64,000 bases of DNA from Bacillota bacterium (lineage in GTDB: Bacteria > Bacillota > Clostridia > Acetivibrionales > JANLFN01): assembly GCA_030705825.1 (NCBI GenBank), contig JAUZPR010000001.1:17772-81771 (forward strand), in the 5' to 3' direction. Positions 19,115 to 25,052 of the stretch are shown here, piece by piece (the first letter of the stretch is position 1; every line of letters starts with the position of its first letter). Made by a program: the position numbers and the translations under genes. The notes under the pieces were generated by a model. That model was not told where the DNA came from. It worked only from the letters and a program-made list of their open reading frames with translations, and made no database searches.

Positions 19115-19248
19115 AAAAGCAAAAACAAGTACAATCAAAAGTTAAGTAATTTGTTATAACAATGGCACTTAAAACAAATAATAAAATTAGGAATATCAAA
19201 ACCTTTTGGTGTTTATGGATATTTAAAATATGTACGGGAGATGATGCT

Positions 19249-19428
19249 TTGAATAGGGAAAGAGCAAAAGAAATAATGGAATCCCAGGGAATCATACAGG
19301 TACTGTACGGGAGTTCACCTGTTTGGATAGAGGATTTAAATGGTGATAACGCCCAGGTATCCTATATCGGCTCTAATAACAGAATACAAGTACCTCTGAA
19401 TAAATTGAATGAGACCCATCCTATGTAG
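19249..19428 (+). CDS. sspH: Small acid-soluble spore protein, SspH family
   Basis: MNRERAKEIMESQGIIQVLYGSSPVWIEDLNGDNAQVSY matches the SspH pattern (RAKEIxES...V.Y.G.PV.I). The in-frame TTG at 19249 gives the family-typical ~59 aa, so the track ATG 19162 extension is unlikely. Confidence 0.7.
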   Translation: MNRERAKEIMESQGIIQVLYGSSPVWIEDLNGDNAQVSYIGSNNRIQVPLNKLNETHPM

Positions 19429-19447
19429 ACATGCAAAATAATAAAAA

Positions 19448-19518
19448 GGGACTGCCTGAAGAAACTCACGGATAAGGATTATCCATCATCCGTTAAAATT
19501 CTCAGGAGTCCCTTTTTT
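19448..19518 (+). terminator. Compound hairpin terminator after sspH
   Basis: GGGACTGCCTGAAG (19448-19461) pairs with CTCAGGAGTCCC (19501-19512), followed by TTTTTT. An inner hairpin is ACGGA...TCCGT. Confidence 0.6.
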
Positions 19519-19644
19519 ATTGGACTATAAGTGGGAAAGTTGAATTATTAACTTAATTTACAATATGATATAATATGGTGGTAACCAAACGGGCAAATAA
19601 GGCTGAAAATATGAGAACAAATTTGGACAATCAGGGGTGTTATA

Positions 19645-19998
19645 ATGAAATTACACGAGATTATTGAAATATTAAAAGCTGAGGTCCTGACCGGAGACAG
19701 AGAGTCACAAATGGAAATACTCTCGGCATGTGGTTCAGACCTTATGAGTGATGTAATGGCATATGTAAAAGATAATGTTCTTTTACTGACAGGTCTGATT
19801 AACCCACAAGTGATAAGGACGGCAGAAGTTATGGACATAAAGGTTGTAGCTTTTGTAAGAGGAAAAATTCCAGATTCAAATATTCTCGAACTGGCCAGAG
19901 AAAAAGATATAACGGTAATCAGAACGGAATATCCGATGTTTATAGCATGCGGAAAGCTTTACAAGGCAGGAATAACCGGAAGAGGTGCGGATTGTTGA
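19645..19998 (+). CDS. DRTGG domain protein
   Basis: 117 aa. ACGSDLMSDVM...LLLTGLINPQVIRTAEVMDIKVVAFVRGK is the DRTGG-type pattern. It is the first gene of the hydrogenase-associated module. Confidence 0.7.
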   Translation: MKLHEIIEILKAEVLTGDRESQMEILSACGSDLMSDVMAYVKDNVLLLTGLINPQVIRTAEVMDIKVVAFVRGKIPDSNILELAREKDITVIRTEYPMFIACGKLYKAGITGRGADC

Positions 19999-20423
19999 GC
20001 GAGAATCTGATTAATCTCTACTATGTTATAAATGCAAATGACTTTTCGGCTGCCGGTGAAGCATCGGGCAATGTAAAAAAGAAGCTCGTACAGCTGGGTA
20101 TAGATCCTGCAATAATAAAAAAAACTGCAATTTCAATGTATGAAGCCGAAATGAATGCATTTATTCACGCCAATGGCGGAGAGATAAATGTTGAGATAAG
20201 CAATAACAGAATAGTTATTGTAATATCAGACAAAGGTCCCGGAATAGCCGATCTGGATCTGGCTATGAAAGAAGGTTACTCCACAGCTTCCGACAAGGTG
20301 AGGGAAATGGGATTCGGCGCCGGAATGGGCCTTCCCAATATAAAAAGATACTCAGATGAACTGGATATACAAACAGAAGTAGGAAAAGGAACGACGGTAA
20401 GAATTATAGTTTATATAAATTAG
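19995..20423 (+). CDS. RsbW/SpoIIAB-like HATPase_c protein (anti-sigma-factor-type Ser/Thr kinase fold)
   Basis: TTG 19995 overlaps the upstream TGA (TTGA). N-box EAEMNAFIHAN, G1 DKGPGI, G2 GFGAGMGL. Confidence 0.7.
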   Translation: MSENLINLYYVINANDFSAAGEASGNVKKKLVQLGIDPAIIKKTAISMYEAEMNAFIHANGGEINVEISNNRIVIVISDKGPGIADLDLAMKEGYSTASDKVREMGFGAGMGLPNIKRYSDELDIQTEVGKGTTVRIIVYIN

Positions 20424-20777
20424 GTTCATAGTTCATAGTTCAGAGTTCGGAGTTAGGAGTTCAGAGTTCGGAGTTGAGAGTTCAGAGTTCGGGGTTTAGA
20501 GTTTAGAGTTCGGAGTTTAGAGTTCAGAGTCCGGGGTTCAGAGTCCAGAGTTCGAAGCTTTGTAAGTTAAAGTTCATGGTTTGGAGTTTGTAGATTTTAG
20601 AATAACTAAAGTTCGGTTTTATTGGTCGTGATAGTGTTAGCGTTCAGAGTTAGGGGTTGCAATTAAATGTTATGAGTTTAGTATTAATAGCTAAAAGAGT
20701 AATTTAAAAGCTTAAACTCTCAACTCCAAACTTTCAACCCTCAACCCTCAACCATCAACCATCAACTCCGAACTTGA
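20424..20777 (+). repeat. Inverted heptamer-array element A
   Basis: 19 phase-perfect heptamers GTTNNRA (units start at 20424 and then every 7 nt through 20550). Degenerate copies continue to ~20660. Nine heptamers AACNNNN (mostly AACYCTC) at 20715-20777 are reverse-complement types. The SD AGGAGG lies at 20779. Confidence 0.9.
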
Positions 20778-20790
20778 CAGGAGGTTTACA

Positions 20791-22125
20791 ATGGGGACAT
20801 ATTTTCACTCGGTAACTTTAAATGAAGAAAAATGCAGGGGCTGTACCAACTGTATCAAACGGTGCCCTACTGAAGCTATCCGGGTAAGAAAGAGTAAAGC
20901 GCGTATTATTAATGAAAGATGTATAGACTGCGGTGAATGCATCAGAATATGTCCGTATCATGCAAAAAATGCCATAACAGATAAACTTGAAACGATAAAT
21001 TCGTATAAATATAAAGTAGTTATACCTGCCCCATCCTTATATGGGCAGTTTAAGACCATGTACACCAGAAATCATATTCTTACGGCATTGAAGCAGCTCG
21101 GGTTCGATGAGGTTTTTGAAGTCGCAAGAGCTGCCGAGATTGTAAGTGACGCCACAAGAAAGCTGATAGGAAAGGGAGAATTGAAAAAGCCGGTTATTTC
21201 TTCTGCTTGCCCGGCTGTTGTAAGATTGATACAGGTTAGATACCCAAATCTTATTGATAATATTCTAAAGCTGGAATCTCCAATGGAGGTTGCGGCCAAA
21301 ATAGTTAAAAACAAGGTATTGCATGAGAAAAAATTGGATCCTGCCGATATAGGCGTATTCTTTCTGACACCGTGTGCCGCCAAGGCAACAAGTGTAAAAG
21401 CTCCTTACGAAATGGAAAAATCAAATGTAGATGGTGTAATATCTATTAAGGATATTTATTTAAAGCTTTTGTATTTGCTGGAACATGGAACAAGTACTGA
21501 ACAACTTGAAACAGCAGGTTTTGAAGGAATAAGATGGGCTAACCCGGGTGGTGAAAGCCTTGCACTTAACACCGAAAAATTTCTGGCTGTTGACGGAATT
21601 CACAACGTAATTACAATTCTTGAAGAAATAGAAAATGATAAGCTGGAGGATGTTGAATTTATAGAGGCACTTGCCTGCAGCGGAGGTTGCCTTGGTGGAC
21701 CGCTTACCGTAGAAAATGCATACGTTGCAAAAACCAAATTGAAAAAGCATATAGACCAGGCAAAACAAAAGGGTATTGAGGTAGGTCAGACAGATAAGCT
21801 TGACGATGATTTGGTCTGGACAGGCAACATTGAATACAAGCCTGTTATGAAGCTTGACAGTGATTTTGCAAAAGCAATGAAAATGCTTGAGGATCTGGAA
21901 TCAATAAATAATATTCTGCCGGGGTTGGACTGTGGCGCATGCGGCGCACCAAGCTGCAGAGCTCTTGCAGAAGATATAGTCAGGGGTATCGCAAACGAAA
22001 CCGATTGTATTTTCAAGCTCAGGGAAAAAGTCAGAGACCTTGCTTCCCAGATGATAGAGCTGGAAGCAAAAATGCCTCCGGTTCTGGACAGGGAAAATGA
22101 CGACAAACAGGAACAGGAGAGTTGA
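20791..22125 (+). CDS. [FeFe]-hydrogenase-like protein, putative sensory type (2x[4Fe-4S] ferredoxin + Fe_hyd_lg_C + C-terminal Fe-S domain)
   Basis: CRGCTNCIKRCP and CIDCGECIRICP. H-cluster-type motifs SSACP, TPCAAK and ALACSGGCLGGP. The C-terminal LPGLDCGACGAPSCRALAEDI is an RnfB/pfam04060-like Fe-S motif. Confidence 0.75.
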   Translation: MGTYFHSVTLNEEKCRGCTNCIKRCPTEAIRVRKSKARIINERCIDCGECIRICPYHAKNAITDKLETINSYKYKVVIPAPSLYGQFKTMYTRNHILTALKQLGFDEVFEVARAAEIVSDATRKLIGKGELKKPVISSACPAVVRLIQVRYPNLIDNILKLESPMEVAAKIVKNKVLHEKKLDPADIGVFFLTPCAAKATSVKAPYEMEKSNVDGVISIKDIYLKLLYLLEHGTSTEQLETAGFEGIRWANPGGESLALNTEKFLAVDGIHNVITILEEIENDKLEDVEFIEALACSGGCLGGPLTVENAYVAKTKLKKHIDQAKQKGIEVGQTDKLDDDLVWTGNIEYKPVMKLDSDFAKAMKMLEDLESINNILPGLDCGACGAPSCRALAEDIVRGIANETDCIFKLREKVRDLASQMIELEAKMPPVLDRENDDKQEQES

Positions 22126-22126
22126 A

Positions 22127-22501
22127 ATGACAGTAAGAGAGTTGACTGAAAAATTAAACTTGAAACCGGTTACTGCCAAAGCCGGACTGGACAAGCAAGT
22201 AACAGGGCTATATATATGTGACCTCTTAAGTTGGGTAATGTCCCATGCCGGCAGCAGCAATGCATGGATTACTGTACTCACAAATCTTAATACAGTTGCC
22301 GTTGCACTGCTGACCGAGATTTCCTGCATAATCATTCCTGAAGGTATAAAAGCAGAAGAGACAATGGTCAAAAGAGCTGAAACTGAAGACATCGCAGTAC
22401 TTGAAACCGATGACGATGCATACAGCATATGCTGCAAAGCGTACAAAGCGGGAATAGGTAAGGCAGTTGATAGTAGAAAATTGTTGACAGTTGATAGATG
22501 A
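22127..22501 (+). CDS. DRTGG domain protein (second copy)
   Basis: ATG 22127 lies after SD AGGAGAG. YICDLLSWVM...WITVLTNLNTVAVALLTEISCIIIPEG is paralogous to 19645-19998. The last ~7 codons lie inside heptamer array B. Confidence 0.7.
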   Translation: MTVRELTEKLNLKPVTAKAGLDKQVTGLYICDLLSWVMSHAGSSNAWITVLTNLNTVAVALLTEISCIIIPEGIKAEETMVKRAETEDIAVLETDDDAYSICCKAYKAGIGKAVDSRKLLTVDR

Positions 22502-22645
22502 CAATTGACAGTTAAAAACAGCTGAGAATACGTTTTTTTAAAATATTAGTTACATTTATTATATAATTATACGGATGGAGTAGAACCCCATCCCTACTTT
22601 TAAGTTGGTTCAACTGTACACTGTCCTCTGTCAACTGTCAACTAA
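22480..22645 (+). repeat. Inverted heptamer-array element B
   Basis: The left array is ATTGTTG ACAGTTG ATAGATG ACAATTG ACAGTTA AAAACAG (22480-22521). The right array is CAACTGT ACACTGT CCTCTGT CAACTGT CAACTAA (22611-22645), the exact complement family. A central GGATGG/CCATCC hairpin lies at ~22573-22593. Confidence 0.85.
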
Positions 22646-22657
22646 TTAGAGGTGTTT

Positions 22658-23374
22658 ATGAAATTTGCAACTGATCTTCATATCCATTCAGCATTATCAC
22701 CATGTGCGGATAAGGATATGACTCCAAATAACATAGTTAATATGGCAAGATTAAAAGCCTTGGATATAATCGCGGTAACCGATCATAATTCGGCTGAAAA
22801 CATTGAAGCAGTGCTCTCATGCTGCGAAGGCTCGGATGTTTTGACTATTCCGGGAATGGAGATAGAAACAAGGGAGGAAGTACATTTGATTTGTCTTTTC
22901 CCGGACCTTGAGTCGGTTCTTGCAATGCAGAAGAAAGTTTATGATGCACTTCCCGGTTTTAAAAATAATGAAAAAATATTCGGTGAGCAAATCATATTTA
23001 ACAGCAGTGATGAAATTACAGGCAGTGTGGATCAGCTGTTGCTTACAGCAACAAGACTCAGTCTTGAGGAAACAGTATTAAATGTATTAGAATTGGGTGG
23101 GGCAGTGATACCTGCTCATATCGACCGGAATTCCTACAGCATATTATCCAATCTTGGCGGAATTCCTGAAAATCTTAATATTAGGTGGCTGGAAGTCTCC
23201 AGGGGAGGCGATAGGGAAAAATTACTGAAGGAAGTTGATTATTTGTCAAAATATTTCCTATTAACATCTTCCGATGCACACTCTCTGGAAAATATTCTGG
23301 AACGTGAAAATTTTATTGAACTTAGTAATAAGACTGTTGAGAGTCTTTTATGTACCTTACGTAATGGATATTGA
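22658..23374 (+). CDS. PHP-domain (polymerase/histidinol-phosphatase-like) metal-dependent phosphoesterase
   Basis: DLHIHSALSPC, AVTDHNS, PAHIDR and TSSDAHS metal-ligand motifs. ATG 22658 after GAGG. Confidence 0.75.
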   Translation: MKFATDLHIHSALSPCADKDMTPNNIVNMARLKALDIIAVTDHNSAENIEAVLSCCEGSDVLTIPGMEIETREEVHLICLFPDLESVLAMQKKVYDALPGFKNNEKIFGEQIIFNSSDEITGSVDQLLLTATRLSLEETVLNVLELGGAVIPAHIDRNSYSILSNLGGIPENLNIRWLEVSRGGDREKLLKEVDYLSKYFLLTSSDAHSLENILERENFIELSNKTVESLLCTLRNGY

Positions 23375-23492
23375 AAATTTAAAAGGAAATGCTGAAATAG
23401 TAACATTAGTACTACCATTTCTTTGACAAAATCCCTTTTGTTAAAAAAATCAAATTCAAAACAATAAATGCTTTGCTTTTTTGTTATCTGTA

Positions 23493-23521
23493 TTGAATGT
23501 TTTACGAAAATTTGTTATAAT
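23493..23521 (+). promoter_or_regulatory. Promoter of the hydrogenase operon
   Basis: TTGAAT (23493-23498), a 17-nt spacer, then TGT-TATAAT (extended -10, 23513-23521). Confidence 0.65.
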
Positions 23522-23529
23522 GTTAACGA
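23512..23529 (+). promoter_or_regulatory. Rex (redox-sensing repressor) operator 1
   Basis: TTGTTATAATGTTAACGA compared with the clostridial Rex consensus TTGTTAAnnnnTTAACAA. It overlaps the -10. Confidence 0.65.
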
Positions 23530-23532
23530 AAT

Positions 23533-23550
23533 TTGTTAAATACTTAACAC
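23533..23550 (+). promoter_or_regulatory. Rex operator 2
   Basis: TTGTTAAATACTTAACAC matches TTGTTAAnnnnTTAACAA at 13 of 14 specified positions. Confidence 0.7.
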
Positions 23551-23602
23551 ATCTTACGGACAATCACAAAAAATTACATCTTTTATTGGGAGGTTGTATT
23601 CA

Positions 23603-24103
23603 ATGGGTGACAATATGTGCTGCTGCGGGTCTGCTGACGTAATGGACCAGAAGCTGCAGGAAATCATTGAGAGGTACAAGGATACCAATGGCGCACTAAT
23701 TCCGGTTTTGCACGAAGCTCAGGAGTTGTACGGATACCTGCCTATGGAAGTTCAGATGAAAATATCTGAAGGGCTTGGTATTACTCTTTCTGAGATATAT
23801 GGGGTCGTGACATTCTATACCCAGTTTTCATTGAAGCCAAAGGGAAAAAACAGAATATCGGTTTGTCTGGGTACAGCATGTTATGTTAAAGGCGCAAACC
23901 ATATCCTTGATAAACTTAAGGAGAAGCTGGGAATAGAAGTTGGTGACTGCACCGAGGATGGAAAATTCTCGCTTGATGCTTGCAGATGTATAGGCGCATG
24001 TGGCCTTGCACCTGTTATGATGATCAATGACGATGTTTATGGGAGACTGACTCCGGATGAAATAGAAGGTATAATCGAGAAGTATAAAAACAGGCAGGAC
24101 TAA
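23603..24103 (+). CDS. hydC: NADH-linked [FeFe]-hydrogenase, NuoE-like [2Fe-2S] subunit
   Basis: CLGTACYVKG...CRCIGACGLAPVMMIND is the thioredoxin-like 2Fe-2S pattern. ATG 23603 lies 9 nt after GGGAGG. Confidence 0.85.
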   Translation: MGDNMCCCGSADVMDQKLQEIIERYKDTNGALIPVLHEAQELYGYLPMEVQMKISEGLGITLSEIYGVVTFYTQFSLKPKGKNRISVCLGTACYVKGANHILDKLKEKLGIEVGDCTEDGKFSLDACRCIGACGLAPVMMINDDVYGRLTPDEIEGIIEKYKNRQD

Positions 24104-24675
24104 TGAGAGATCTGTCGTTGCATTTATTGGACATTTTACAGAATTCTATTTCAGCAAAAGCGGACAATGTTTCCATAGAATTGGCGGTAGATACCAGTAC
24201 TGACAAGCTTGCATTGAAAATAGCAGATAATGGTATAGGGATGAATGAAAAATTGTTAAAAAGTGTGACCGACCCATTTACCACTACCCGAACCAGCAGG
24301 AAGGTTGGGTTGGGTATATCCCTTCTTAAAGCATCGGCTGAAAGAGCTGGTGGAGAACTAATGATCCAATCGTCTGAGGGGAATGGTACCACAATAAGTG
24401 CAAACTTCAGTATTTCAAATATAGACAGGCTGCCACTGGGTGATTTGACTGAAACAATTTGCAGCATAATTGCTGCCTATATGGAAATTGAAATCGATTT
24501 AACCCTTATAAATGGCAGTAAAACATTCCAATTTAGTACAATTGAAATTAAAAAACAGATTAGCGGTATTCCAATAAATCATTATGATGTGCTTGAGTGG
24601 ATCAGGGAATTCATAAATGAAGGAATAACCACCATATTTGGAGGTGTTTTGAATGAAATCGTTAGCGGAACTTGA
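24103..24675 (+). CDS. Histidine-kinase-like ATPase (HATPase_c only) embedded in the hydrogenase operon
   Basis: LLDILQNSISA (N-box-like), DNGIGM (G1), GLGISL (G2). There is no HisKA or sensor domain. ATGA overlap with hydC. Confidence 0.7.
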   Translation: MRDLSLHLLDILQNSISAKADNVSIELAVDTSTDKLALKIADNGIGMNEKLLKSVTDPFTTTRTSRKVGLGISLLKASAERAGGELMIQSSEGNGTTISANFSISNIDRLPLGDLTETICSIIAAYMEIEIDLTLINGSKTFQFSTIEIKKQISGIPINHYDVLEWIREFINEGITTIFGGVLNEIVSGT

Positions 24676-25039
24676 AGAAATCAGAAAAAAGGCTCTGGAC
24701 AAAATAAATATAAGAAAAGAGAATAACGGAGTAAGAATAGTGGTAGGTATGGCCACCTGTGGAATAGCAGCAGGAGCAAGGCCTGTAATGAACACCATTG
24801 TTGAAGAACTGAAAAAAAGAAATATCAATGATGTAACAGTTACAATGACCGGATGTATCGGTGTATGCAGACTGGAACCCATAGTTGAGGTTCTGGATCC
24901 CGACGGAAGCAGAGTTACTTATGTCAATATGACTCCTGAAAAAGCTCAGCATATTGTTTCCGAGCATATAGTCAATGGTAGGATTTGTTTGGATTATACG
25001 ATTGGTGAAGTAGAAAAAAAGGAAAAAAGTAAAGCTTAA
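24653..25039 (+). CDS. Thioredoxin-like [2Fe-2S] ferredoxin subunit
   Basis: GMATCGIAAGA...TGCIGVCRLEP. 128 aa. It overlaps the upstream gene by 23 nt. Confidence 0.75.
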   Translation: MKSLAELEEIRKKALDKINIRKENNGVRIVVGMATCGIAAGARPVMNTIVEELKKRNINDVTVTMTGCIGVCRLEPIVEVLDPDGSRVTYVNMTPEKAQHIVSEHIVNGRICLDYTIGEVEKKEKSKA

Positions 25040-25052
25040 AGGGGGGTAAAAA

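Noticed and set aside
19162-19248. ATG 19162 as the start of the sspH-like gene
   Set aside because: The extension is unlike SspH-family N-termini. The in-frame TTG 19249 gives the family-typical length and the N-terminal MNxxRAKEI.
20424-20777. Possible CRISPR array or minisatellite-encoded peptide repeats in the heptamer tracts (also 22480-22645 and 62137-62384)
   Set aside because: The units are 7 nt, directly abutting, with no spacers, and no cas genes are in the window. A period of 7 is not a multiple of 3, so the arrays cannot encode a peptide repeat. I report them as a separate repeat class instead.
21901-22446. 181-aa minus-strand ORF spanning the end of the hydrogenase-like gene and the second DRTGG gene, with similar ORFs at 24024-24467, 25146-25697, 26297-26665 and 42189-42665
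   Set aside because: They are antisense to genes with strong motif support, and I see no SD or family signature.
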